From: Octopus sinensis
Lineage: Eukaryota
Assembly: GCF_006345805.1 (NCBI RefSeq)
Contig: NC_043023.1
Span: forward strand, 17,174,001 to 17,238,000
Reading direction: 5' to 3'
Length of the DNA: 64,000 nucleotides
Below the pieces are notes generated by a model. The model searched no databases, was not told where the DNA came from, and saw nothing but the letters and a program-made list of their open reading frames with translations. The translations under genes were made by a program, and so were the position numbers. The stretch's first letter is position 1, and every line of letters starts with the position of its first letter. Positions 11,224-23,928 of the stretch are shown here, piece after piece.

Positions 11224-12036
11224 TCTCCCTCTTTGTTTCTCTCTCCTTTCTCTCTCCCTTTCCCACTCTCTTACTCTTCCTTTCTCTCGGACTCTCCCTA
11301 GCGTTCTCTTATTCTCTATCTTTATCTATCTATCTCTCTCCCATTTATAAACAACAAATTTGAGTAAATTGAGAAAGAAAGTAGTTTGAAAGATCAATCA
11401 TAAATATCAGGCAGTGACAACGGAAAGGTCTGCTTCAAGGCAGAAAGCAAAACACTAACATTTAAAAGGGACAGACGAACTTGCGAGCTGAATAAAAATA
11501 AAAAAAAATTGGAAATCAATGTTTGAAAGGATAGAATGTGAGGATAGTAGAGTCACCATGGCTGGTATTTCTCAACGACGGACAGTAACATAGTGGCAGT
11601 TTAACGGCTGGCATAAAATTTTGAACTTGATGTAAGAGAAAATTCCTAAACATCAAGCTTTGAAGTGATTCTTTCTCACGACAGTAGACTCACCATGGCA
11701 AGCATTCAAAACTTCTTCATCATGGACGGCAACACATTGACGATTTAAAGGCTGGCGCAAATTTTTTAGCTTCATTTAACAGAGAATTCCTAAACACCCG
11801 CTCCTGTAAATTTTAATCCCCTTCAAGCCCCATTTAGACCTCTTTTCACATTTTGGTTAATATAACCCGATTTCATTCGGGTCTACTCGGGTCACATTTT
11901 ATAAGATGAGGAATTTTGTGCTAGAAGTCACGTCTTTCATTTGAGGAAAAAAAATAGTTTCCATGCAAATTCGCCAGCACTTTTAACATAGGTGTGCATA
12001 TTTTCAGCACAACCGACCACATAATGCACACATTAT

Positions 12037-12091
<55 letters not shown>

Positions 12092-12988
12092 GCATTATAT
12101 ATATATATGCGTGTGTGTGTGTGTACGCATTATATATACGAATGTATTCAAATTATATATATATACATATATATAAATTAAATTAGAGATAAAACCACTA
12201 TTAGGCAAATCAAACAGTGAAAAACATAAACGAAAACATAAAAATAAAATATAATATGCAAAATATATAAAAAAAAAATTTAGAAATTTAAATTATTTAA
12301 ATTTAAAATTAAAATTATTTTTTATATTTATAATTTAAAAAAATATATATATAACTATCAAAAAGTATTAAAATGTTTAATATACATATTTATATATAGA
12401 ACACACACACACATATATAAATTAACGCAATCAACATCTGATTCATAATATTTGTTCTCATGATTGTGTGGTTGTTGTGGCGAAGATAATTCTGTCTATG
12501 AATGCAAACAGACGTAGAGAGAGAGAGAGAATGTGAAAGCGCTGTTGAAGGCGGGGAGTGGGAGATATAGAACGCTGTTTGACGACGTTATAAAGTGAAG
12601 GGGAGTTAGACGCTGTTAAATGACGTTATATATAGAAAGTGATGGGAAGGGAGGAAAGAGAGTGAGTGACGGAGGAAGACAGATACATAAAAGAATGAGA
12701 GTAGACTTGTCAAAGTGCGTTTTTGGCCATAGCAACGACACCTTTTACATGTCCTTGTAAATTTTGGAGTCAATCCGACGGAATCTAGTGGCCTTTAACC
12801 CGTTCTCAATGCCAAAACCAGACAAACAAACAAACTTTTCGCATTTCAGATTTATAATATATATATATATGCGTGTGTGTGTTGTGTGTGCTTATATATA
12901 TCTATATCTATCTCTATCTCTCTATCTATCTACATATATATATATATGTATATATATATATTAATATATATATATAATATTATATATA

Positions 12989-13031
<43 letters not shown>

Positions 13032-13199
13032 TTTATATATATATTTAGACATATACATATTAGAGGGAAACCAGTATGTGGACACACTTATGCTAAAAAT
13101 AGATCCGCTATAGATCTAATTAAATTAATGTCTAATTTCTCACCCTCATTTCTATATATATATATTATATATATATATAAAATATATGCACATATATAT

Positions 13200-14327
13200 C
13201 GATGGCAATCCCTCAAGGTCGAGGATGATGGTCTTCACGCAAATCTACTGGTGAGTCCGCAGGTGACTGATGAGACCAATTCTTGCTCGGAAAGATCGGT
13301 CGCAGTGCGGACATCTAGTGCCGGAAGGGAGTGTCGCACGTGGTTGTTGTTGGCGCTCCTTCCGTCGTCGTCTTTTCTCCTCCAGCTCTGCGGACCTTTT
13401 CGACTCGAAAGCCGCCGTTCCCTCATGGATGGTGGTTTTCCAGAGTGGTCTGTTTTTTGCCGTTTCCTCCCAGTTAGTGAAGTCAATGTCACACTTTTTG
13501 AGGTTCGTTTTCAGGGAGTCCTTGTAGCGTTTCTTCTGGCCTCCTTTTGTACGCTTGCCGTCTTTGAGTTGGGAGTAGAAGATCTGTTTGGGAAGTCGTT
13601 CGTCAGTCATTCTCACCACGTGGCCGCTCCATCTTAGTTGGCCTTTGATGACATAGGTTTCGATGCTGGTCATTTTTGCTTCTTGTCGCACGCTGACGTT
13701 AGTTCTTCTATCTTTCCAGCTGATGTTGAGGATCTTCCGAAGACAGCGTTGGTGAAATTTCTCGAGCGTTTTCAGGTGGTGACTATACGGGGTCCAAGTT
13801 TCGGATGCGTAAAGGAGGGTTGGAATAATGACTGCCCTGTACACCATGAGTTTGGTTTCGGCTCGGATGTCCCGATCAGCAAAAACTCTTGTTCGAAGCT
13901 TGCCGAAAGCTGTTCCTGCACACTTCAGACGGTGTTGGATTTCATCTCTGAGGTCTACCTTTGCTGACAGATGGCTCCCAAGGTAGCAAAAGTGGTTCAC
14001 ATTTTCCAGTGGAATTCCTTCGAGTTGAATCGATGGCGGGTTGTCAACACGGGCATTGGGAGGAGGTTGGTAGAGTAAGTGAGTCTTCTTGATGTTGATG
14101 CTCAGTCCAATTTTAGTATATGCATGATGAAAAGCATTTAGGATCTGTTGGAGGTGATCCTCTCTGTGAGCTGCTACACTGTTGTCGTCGGCATATTGGA
14201 ACTCTAGCAAGCTTCGTGCCATTGTCTTTGACGTACTTTTGAGGGGAGCGAGGTTGAAAAGCTTGCCGTCCATTCTGTACGAGATCTTGATGCCAGGTGG
14301 AAGGTCATCTCGTATGATGTGCAACAC
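13200..14327 (-). mobile_element. RTE LINE 3' half (RT C-terminal part + zinc finger), sense arm of a 5'-inverted insertion
   Basis: ORF 13245-14327, 360 aa: YADD, YLGS, LRWSGHVVRM, CPHCDRSFRARIGLISHLRTH; RTE-type 3' end at ~13200. Confidence 0.92.
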
Positions 14328-14328
14328 T

Positions 14329-17055
14329 CTTCAAAAGTTCAACCCCTCCTCCACGTGGTGCAGACTGGGCAACGCGAGCAAGCCAGCTGTGTTAGCGGCA
14401 AACGGGGCTCTGACAGTCATCAAGTCCTCAACGGTGGAACAGGCGGATGAAGTTGCCTTAACAACTCAATGGCTGTGAAGGCGGACGAAGGCTGCAGCAG
14501 ACCATCGACTCCAATCGTCTCGGTTTACCTTGCCATTGGGTCATGTTGGTGGTCTGTCAAGTTTACGTGTGCTTTACTGGGCGTGCGACCTCAAGCACAC
14601 GTTAAACAATTTCATGCACAGGCGTCTTCGCCACCACTCTTCTTATTCTTTCCAAGACTTTCGGCGATCGGCGATGGATGACGGGAGCTGGCTCGTGAAG
14701 GCTGGAGGCTCCTAGTGCAGAACCGGCACGGATGCGGTGGTTACATGATTCAGTCGCTCTATCTTTCGGAAGAAGCAGGGAAGATGTTCAGCAGCAGTAT
14801 CCACGACTGAGCAGCCCTGTTTAGGATCCACTCTGCTCACCCTGAATTGAGAAGGGGCTAGAAAAGGTGCCCTAAACATAGTCTGCTTCTCCCCAATCCT
14901 GTCTGGAAAACCGCGTCCATTATGCGGTCGAAAATCAAGATCAAGATACGCAACGCTGAAATTCGGAACCTGGAATGTCAGGACTCTCATAGATAACACC
15001 AACTCAGACAGACCCGAAAGGCGAACTGCAATCATCGCCCGGGAATTCCATCGATTCAATTTTGACATCGTAGCTCTCAGTGAAACCCGGAGAGCCGGAG
15101 AAGGCCGGCTGAGAGAAGAAGGCGGTCAATACACCTTTTTCTGGAAAGGTTACGATCCCGACCATCAACGGATCCATGGTGTGGGTTTTGCAATACGAAA
15201 CACCATCCTATCCAAACTGACAGAGCAGCCCATCGGAATGTCCGCACGACTCATGACCCTCCGAATCCAGCTTGTTGAAAGTCAGCACGCAACTATCATC
15301 AGCGCGTATGCTCCCACCTTTGACGCGGAGGATTTAGTCAAGGAAGAGTTTTACAGCCAGCTCGTTAGCATTCTCTCTACCGTCCCAATGGACGACAAGA
15401 CCATTCTCCTGGGAGATTCAATGCCAGAGTTGGGAAAGATCGTGAACTCTGGACAGGAACCATCGGAAAGGAAGGAGTGGGAAAAGTCAATGCCAATGGA
15501 ACTCTGCTGCTCACCAAATGTGCTGAACATAACCTGGTGATAACCAACACCCTTTTTCGCCAGAAGAATCGATATAAGGTCTCATGGCAGCATCCAAGAT
15601 CTAAACAATGGCATCTCATCGACTATACCATCGTGAGATCCCGAGACCAGCAAGATGTGTTACTCACCAGAGCCGCCACTGGAGCAGATGAGTGCTGGAC
15701 AGATCATCGCCTCATCGCCTCCGCCATGAAAATCAAACTCCGACCAAAAGTGAAATATCACAGCAAGGAAAGCAGAGTAAGGAAATTCAACATCGAAGCA
15801 TTGCAAAACCCAAAACTCGTGTTGCTTTCCAGCAGCGCTACTGGTCAATCTTAAAAATAAGACTCCAAACCATCTCGTCGAAGAAAATTGGAACCAGCTG
15901 AAAGAAACCATCATCACCGCTTGCGAAGAAACCATCGGTCGCAAGAAAAGGAAACACCAGGATTGGTTCGACGACAATGATGAAGCTCTCAAAGAACTGA
16001 TCGACCAAAAACGGAAAGCTTTCATCAGCTCACAGAATGATCCAAAGTCTGCCACTAAACGAGAGTCTTTGAAAAAGTGCAAATCCGCAGTTGAAAGGAC
16101 AACCCGCAACCTGAAGAACCAGTGGTGGAGACACAAATCTCGTGAAATCCAGAAGTTAGCAGATGTAAACGACACCAGAGGGTTCTTCAAAGCCACGAAA
16201 GAAATATACGGACCTTCCACACATGGACAGGCTCCTCTGAAGAGTCAAGACGGAGCAACCATCCTGAAAAGCAACACCGAAATAGGAGACAGATGGAGAG
16301 AATACTTCGATGACCTCCTCAATCACAAGGCTACCATCGACAAAAGGATACTTGACATGATTCCTAAAGAGGCCAAAGATTACTCTCTCGCTCGATTCCA
16401 TCCCTCGAAGAGGTCAAAATTGCATCACAAGCGATGAAGAACAACAAAGCCGCGGGTCCTGACGGAATCCCAGCTGAGATCTACAAACGGGAGGTGATTT
16501 TGTCCAACACCAGCTCCACCAACTCTTGGTCAAAATCTGGACAAATGAAGTTGTACCATCCGACTTCAGGGATGCCAACATCATTACCATTTACAAAGGA
16601 AAGGGCGATCGTTCTGAGTGTGGAAATTACCGGGGTATTTCCTTATTGGAAACTGCTGGAAAGATTCTTGCACGCATCCTGAACAACCGCCTCAGAACGC
16701 TGTCAGAGAGGATCCTTCCTGAGACACAGACCGGCTTTAGCCCATCACGAAGTACAACCGACATGATCTTCACGCTGCGACAACTACAAGAAAAATGTCG
16801 TGAGCAACACCAACCGCTCTACTTGGCCTTTATCGACCTATCCAAAGCCATTTATCGTGTCTCGCGAGAGCTCCTCTGGGATATTCAACCCAGTATGGAT
16901 GCCCAGATAAATTCATCCGGATCCTCAAACTCCTCCACGACAATATGCACGCCAGAGTCCAGACAGACGGAGGCAGTTCTAAGCCTTTAAAGTCACCACA
17001 GGAGTGAAGCAAGGCTGTGTGATAGCGCAACTCTCTTTACCATCTTTAACGCGAC
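14329..17055 (+). mobile_element. RTE LINE 5' UTR + endonuclease + RT N-terminal half, inverted arm of the same insertion
   Basis: GTWNVRTL at ~14965, YAPT, HLIDY, LPETQTGF, DLSKA, GVKQGCVIA..LFTIF ending at 17055; several frameshifts. Confidence 0.92.
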
Positions 17056-17068
17056 ATATAATATATAT

Positions 17069-17099
<31 letters not shown>

Positions 17100-17120
17100 C
17101 TATATATATATATATATATA

Positions 17121-17180
<60 letters not shown>

Positions 17181-17699
17181 ATATATATACAGTATACAGA
17201 CAGACACGCGCGCATACACACACACACACATGCACACACATACATATATATAACCCCTCATAACGTTTTTTTTCATTATGGGGAATTTAAAAATAATTTT
17301 GGCGAATCTATATTCTATTCACGGAAATTCATCCGATTTACCAAAAACGAGAGAAAATATATTTTGGTGCACGATTTAAGGCCTGATTAGCTGTTATTTT
17401 TATCAACTTTAACCACCACCTCATATGTCATATGTTTTAAAGCGTTCAAGAATAACCATCTTGAATACGTTGAGAAATACGAAAAAAGATTGAGTCAATG
17501 AATGAGGAAAGAATTGTAGACAGGGATGTGGATTTAGATCATTAAAGGAATGAAAAGGTCGTTCATAAGTTTAGAAGAAATTGTAAAAAGAGAGAAAGTG
17601 AAAGTGAAAGCAAGAGAAACATCCGTTTGGAGATTTAAGGTGAAATGAACAGACTAAGTCGCTTGAGACCTTTCTGAGAGAAATCAGAAAAGTCTTTCT

Positions 17700-17903
17700 T
17701 TTACTCTTTTACTTGATTCAGTCATTTGACTGCGGCCATGCTGGAGCACCGCCTTTACCGAGCAAATCGACCCCAGGACTTATTTTTTGTAAGCCTAGTA
17801 CTTATTCTATCGGTCTCTTTTGCCGAACCGCTAAGTTACGGGGACGTAAACACACCAGCATCGGTTGTCAAGCGATGTTGGTGGGACAAACATACACACA
17901 CAA

Positions 17904-17966
<63 letters not shown>

Positions 17967-18133
17967 TACGACGGGCTTCTTTCAGTTTCCGTCTACCAAA
18001 TCCACTCACAAGGCTTTAGTCGGCCCGAGGCTATAGCAGAAGACACTTGCCCAAGGTGTCACGCAGTGGGATTGAACCCGGAACCATGAGGCTGGTAAGC
18101 AAGCTACTTACCACACAGCCACTCCTACGCCTA
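17700..18133 (-). mobile_element. tRNA-derived SINE ('ggcgcaggagtggctgtgtgg' family)
   Basis: Full head-to-tail match to the other copies, with an internal (TA)n. Confidence 0.85.
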
Positions 18134-18309
18134 TAATTTTTTAATAATTATTTTTATTAAATGAAATACCTAAAGTTATATTTGTTATTCAACAGCACCG
18201 TAATTATTACCCTAGGAATCATTACCCTATTTATATTTCAATTCATTTATTTGAAATCTATCCAAATTAAATCCTAAATCCCAGCGGGATTCGAAGTCAA
18301 AATGTAAAG

Positions 18310-19715
18310 TTTCATGACTGAATACTAAAGATAGTTTATCAGTCGATTCATGATTTCTACAAATCTACCCCTGTCCTTTCCATTCTTTTTGGAAATGAGA
18401 AATGATAATAGTAAACCGAATGTAACGAAAGCACGAGTCAGCTACAGTATTTTATATAATAGAATTATAAAAACAATTTTAGTAATAATCTCTCTTTATT
18501 GATTCATATTATATGCCTCTTGTATGAATAAAATACTTACTCTATCAGGTCTAGTCAGAAAACCAGACCTGATAAAGAAAAACTGGAGTAAGTTTTGAAT
18601 TTAGCAGGCAAAATCACTTGGAATTCATTGAAATATTCCAGGCACCAGACAAGAAAAATTTGCCCAGTGTTATTTATTTTAATATTCAACAGCTCGCTAA
18701 TCACTATCCTAAGACTCATTACCCTATTTTCATATCTATTTCTTTATTTTAAATCTGTCTATCTACATTAAATCCTAAATAACGGCAGAATTCGAAATCA
18801 GAACGTTAAGTTTCAAGACAGAGTAGAAAGGATAGTTGATCAGTCGATCCATGATTTCTACAAATCCATCTCCATCCTTTCCATTCTTATTGGAAGTGGA
18901 AAATGAAAATGGTAAACCGAGTGTAATAAAAGCACAAGTCAGCTACAGTATTTTATATCATAGAATTATAAAAACAATTTCAGTAATTATCTCTCATTTC
19001 ATTGTTAACGTCATTAATTCACTTACCTTTAAGGTTCATGACTGTTACAGGGTTGTTAAGGGTTGTTAAGTAAACTTCACTTTTAGTTGCAAAATCGACC
19101 AACAAGACGTGTCCCACTGCAAACAATAAGCTTCTGGCTTTTAATGTTCCCTTTTCCTAGTCTCGATAAACAAGTTTTCTTTTATTTATTCCTATTCTCT
19201 TCGTTCTGATAATTTAAGAATAAATTCAGGATATTTCACAGTTGATTTCTTTTTGCATTGGCTTCGAAAAGACAATGTCTTTAAAACAATCTCTCCCGAG
19301 TTCTTTCACTCTTATAAAAATTGATGGCCAACTTGAACTTTCTTTTCCTCTTACTCCAGAAGTCGTCGCCAGGTAATTTCCCTTTTCGTTAAATAAGTTC
19401 TTAAATTCCAGGTCTTATATTCGTTTGTCTTTCTCTCCAGAATGCTTTGCTCTTCAGAAGGTAAGTAAATTATCAGCTTTACCCGTCGCTATGTTAGGTT
19501 ATCAACAAAAACTGTTTCTATCCATCGATCTTAGCTAATAAACTGCTTGAAACAAGTCAACTGCATTTGTATTCATGGTGAGCGAAACGATTTTATTTTA
19601 ACTTGGCAATATATCGATAGCTTTGAAGTTTTAATTTTTACACCAGATATATTACACTAAATGCCCTCGAAAAACATGTGGTCAACAAGTACAGGAAGAG
19701 AATCCAAATCCAAGT
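18310..19715. repeat. Segmental duplication block containing the leader exon and putative promoter; near-identical copy at ~54160-55530, more diverged partial copy at ~49600-50250
   Basis: Long stretches align by eye (e.g. ctctatcaggtctagtcagaa, gctttgctcttcagaaggtaagt). Confidence 0.85.
19027..19039 (-). CDS. PAN-domain secreted protein copy A, coding exon 1 (ATG AAC CTT AAA G, MNLK-G)
   Basis: Strong AAAG|gtaagt donor; phase 1 joins the GA ATG at the start of exon 6215 in frame (GGA ATG); conserved in three copies. Confidence 0.65.
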
Positions 19716-19744
19716 CAGTGAATGTAGTGAAGATGAAGATCTTA

Positions 19745-20015
19745 TCTCGTCACCAGCCCCCAGATCTCAATATTATTGAACATTTATGGTGCATTATAGA
19801 AAAAACAAGTTAGGAGTCGATATCCTCCAGCGTCATCTCTACAAGAACTGGAGACTGTTTTAGCTGAAGCCATTCCTTTCAAAATTCCTTTCGAAGCGAT
19901 TCAAACTTTGTACGCGTCTATACCTCGTAGAATTCAAGCTGTAATTACTGCCAAAGGTGGTCCTACCCCATATTAAAATTTGAAGGTGTTTCCATTATTT
20001 TTGCCCAACCCCTGT
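19745..20015 (+). mobile_element. Tc1-like DNA transposon 3' end
   Basis: Translates PDLNIIEHLW...LYASIPRRIQAVITAKGGPTPY, followed by TIR-like gtttccattatttttgcccaacccctg. Confidence 0.8.
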
Positions 20016-20862
20016 CATATATACATACACACATGCATACATACATGAATACATACACACACATACATACACACACTTACATACATCACACATACATACA
20101 TATATACACACACACAAACATACACATATTCATACATACATGAATACATACACACATACATACATACACACATACATACATGAATACATACACACATACA
20201 TATATACACACATACATACATATATACACACACATACATACAGACATTCATACATACATGAATACATACACATATACATACATACACACATACATATATA
20301 CACACATACATACATATATACATACTCATACGTATACACATTCATACATACATGAATACATATACACACATACATATATACACACATACATATATACACA
20401 CATATACGTACACACATTCATACATACATGAATACATACACACACAATACATATATTACACAACATACATACATATATACACACACATACGTACACGCAT
20501 TCATACATACATGAATTACATATATATACAAGCATACATATATACACACACATACACACATATCATATACACGCATACATCATGAATATATACACACACA
20601 TACATATATACACACATACATACATATATACACACATATACGTACACACATTCATACATACATGAATACATACACACACATACATATATACACACATACA
20701 TACATATATACACACACATACGTACACGCATTCATACATACATGAATACATACATATATACACGCATACATATATACACACACATACACACATATACATA
20801 TATACACGCATACATACATGAATATATACACACACATACATATATACACATTCATACATACA
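20016..20862. repeat. Complex (TACA/CA/TA) microsatellite with a higher-order repeat
   Basis: Recurrent cattcatacatacatgaatacat unit. Confidence 0.9.
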
Positions 20863-22216
20863 TGGAAGCATGCTGTATTACAGTGCGTCGCTTCATCCCC
20901 CATTTCTTAGTGATTCCCTGACGGACGACCCCTTTGTACAATTTAGGCGACAACTCTACAACACATGGCTCTGTTTGGGCAGTCTTGGTAGTGAGGATTT
21001 TACGGGATCAAAGTGCAAATCCTAACTCGGCCCCTTTTGGTCGCTTTTTATGAAACGCAGACGAAACATTCGGTCTATTCATTGATATGCCAGTCCCCTC
21101 ACAGATCTGGGGCAACGTGAAATGCAGAACTTTGCTCAAGGATCACACACGCCATCCCGTCCAGGAATCGATCGCACGTTCAGCGAATCGTGAGTGCAAA
21201 TTCTGACCGCTAAGCCACGCACATTCACTGATGAAAAAAATTATAAACGTTGGGATTATATTTTAAAATTCAATAAAACAATAATCATTTTCCCTGATTG
21301 TGAGTATCTTATCGATACTAAGAACATAACTAAATTATAATCAACGGAAAACATGGCTACTTAAGAGGAAAGAAAGAAAATATACTTTCAACAAATAAAC
21401 CACGGTTGACTACATATTGATTAGACACCAGGTTGTTTATCGCAATCAGCAGCCGGATATTATTAATTAATATTTTAAATTTATTCTTTCAAAGTGATTA
21501 TGCCTCAGCGTTGTAAAGACTTCACGAATATTTCGTGTTCGAACTTGTTAGTTTTCTTAAATTAATGAGGCTTTTTTTCTATCTTTAAAATGCATTTCAT
21601 TTGTGATTTTATCATGACGTGGCAGATGTATCATTTTAATGAGGATGTGTGTGTGTGGACATGTACACGTGTTATGTGTGTGTGTATTTATGCGTGTTAT
21701 TATATATATACATATATACATATATATATATATATATCTATATATATATATATATTATGTATGTATAATAAATTAAATTAGAGATAAAACCACTATTAGG
21801 CAAATCAAACAGTGAAAAACATAAACCAAAAACATAAAATTAATAAATACAAAATATAAAATATTAAACTTCAAAATTTAAATTATTTAAATTAAAGTTA
21901 AAAAATTAAAATTATTAATCTATATATATATTTATATATATATATATACACATATATATATATATTTTTAATTTTTTAAAATATTTTTTATATTTAATTA
22001 AAAAAAATCTTTTTATTAGTATTAAATATATATAATTATCAAAAAGTATATTAAACTTTTTATACATGAATACATACATACACATACATATATACACACA
22101 TACATACATATATATATATATATTCATGTATGTATGTAGGGTTGTCGTCTATACATATACACGCATAAATACACACGCACCCGTACACGTGTACATACAC
22201 ATACATATATACACAC

Positions 22217-22250
<34 letters not shown>

Positions 22251-22364
22251 GTATTCATGTATGTATGTAGGATTGTCGTCTATACATATACACGCATAAA
22301 TACACACGCACGCGTACACGAGCACCCCCCTCCTAGCTCGCTACCTCATCCTTCATAATAATAA

Positions 22365-22575
22365 TAATCCTTTTCTACTATAGGCACAGGGCCTGAAAGT
22401 TGGGAGACGTAGGATAGTCGATTACTTACACCCCAGTATTCAACTGGTACTTATTTCATCGACCCCGAAAGAATAAAAGGCCAAGTCGACCTCGGCGGAA
22501 TTTGAACTCACAACGTAGCGACAGATGAAATATCGCTAAGTATTTCGCCCGGCGTGCTAACGATTCAACCAGCTC
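22365..22575 (-). mobile_element. tRNA-derived SINE ('ggcggcgagctggcaga' family)
   Basis: Reverse complement of the family consensus seen elsewhere in the window. Confidence 0.75.
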
Positions 22576-22957
22576 ACAGAGAGAGAGGGTGGGGTGTTTT
22601 TGTGTGCAACAGAATATTTCAGAAAATATATTAAACATAAGAAGGGATAAAAATGATGCGTATATGTATATGTATATATATATATATATGTGATAAATAT
22701 TTTGCATTTCCGAGCTGAACAATGGTATATGCTAATGAAAAAGATAAACTCTGAAATAAGAAAATTTATTGTCAGTTTTTATATTGTAAAATGTGCCAGA
22801 GTGTTAGCATTGTGGTCAGTTAAAAACACTACAAAGAACAGATCACTTGTTAGATTTCTTACATTACAATGTACCAAAATATTTCGATTCAGATCCGATA
22901 ATGTAGTGTCAACAAGAACAATCGGGTAGAATATGTACAACAAAAGGTTCTGCTATC

Positions 22958-22980
22958 TAATAATAATAATAATAATTATG

Positions 22981-23022
<42 letters not shown>

Positions 23023-23289
23023 TAATAATAATAATATTAATAATAATAATAATAATAATAATTATTATTATATTATCATTATTATTATTATTATTATTAA
23101 TATTATTACTATTTTTATTATTAATATTATTATTATTATCATTATTTTAATATTATTATTGTTATTTTATTACTATTATTATTATCATTATATTATTATC
23201 ATTATTATCATTATTATCATCATTATAATTATTATTATCATTATATTATTATCATTATAATTATCATTATTATCATTATTATCATTATT

Positions 23290-23324
<35 letters not shown>

Positions 23325-23407
23325 CATTATTATTATTATCATTATTATCATCATCATTTTTATTAGTATTATTAATATTTTAATTATTATTATTATTATT
23401 ATTATTA

Positions 23408-23444
<37 letters not shown>

Positions 23445-23478
23445 TTTTTTATTATTATTATTTTTATTATATTATTAA
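22958..23478. repeat. (AAT)n/(ATT)n degenerate microsatellite
   Basis: Directly visible. Confidence 0.95.
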
Positions 23479-23928
23479 GTATTTCGCCCGGCGTGCTAAC
23501 GATTCAACCAGCTCACAGAGAGAGAGGGTCGGGTGAATGGTTGTATAGATCACAAACCTTAAAAGGTTTGTAGAAGCTTTTTAAGCGTTTGTTCGGTCAG
23601 TTGCCAAATAAGATTGCTTACGGTGGAGTCACCCCTTTAACATTAATGTTGTATGTTGTAGTTGATATAAAGAAGAGAAGTGTTTCAGAAATATTACAGA
23701 CGAGGCTTTTTCTCAGATGAAAATGTTTTATTTAACAACAATAAAATAAATAACTGAGCCACAGAGGAAAAATTACAACAGCAAAGAAACAACATAGAAT
23801 AATCACTCTTTGAATATTACATTGGGAAAGCAAATACATAAACTTGTATTTGTGTGCAACAGAATATTTCAGAAAATATATTAAGCATAAGAAGGGAAAA
23901 AAAGATGCGTATATGTATATGTATATAT

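Noticed and set aside
18836-19069. + strand ORF repeated at 54679-54891
   Set aside because: Conservation is explained by the segmental duplication; no credible start or domain, and it overlaps the minus-strand leader exon.
20015-20903. Many ORFs rich in Y/I/C/V/M/H/T (also at 6081-6766, 27634-28220, 37641-38517, 40042-40470, 60355-60736, 61673-63077)
   Set aside because: They are translations of (TA)n, (TG)n and (TATG)n microsatellites, not genes.
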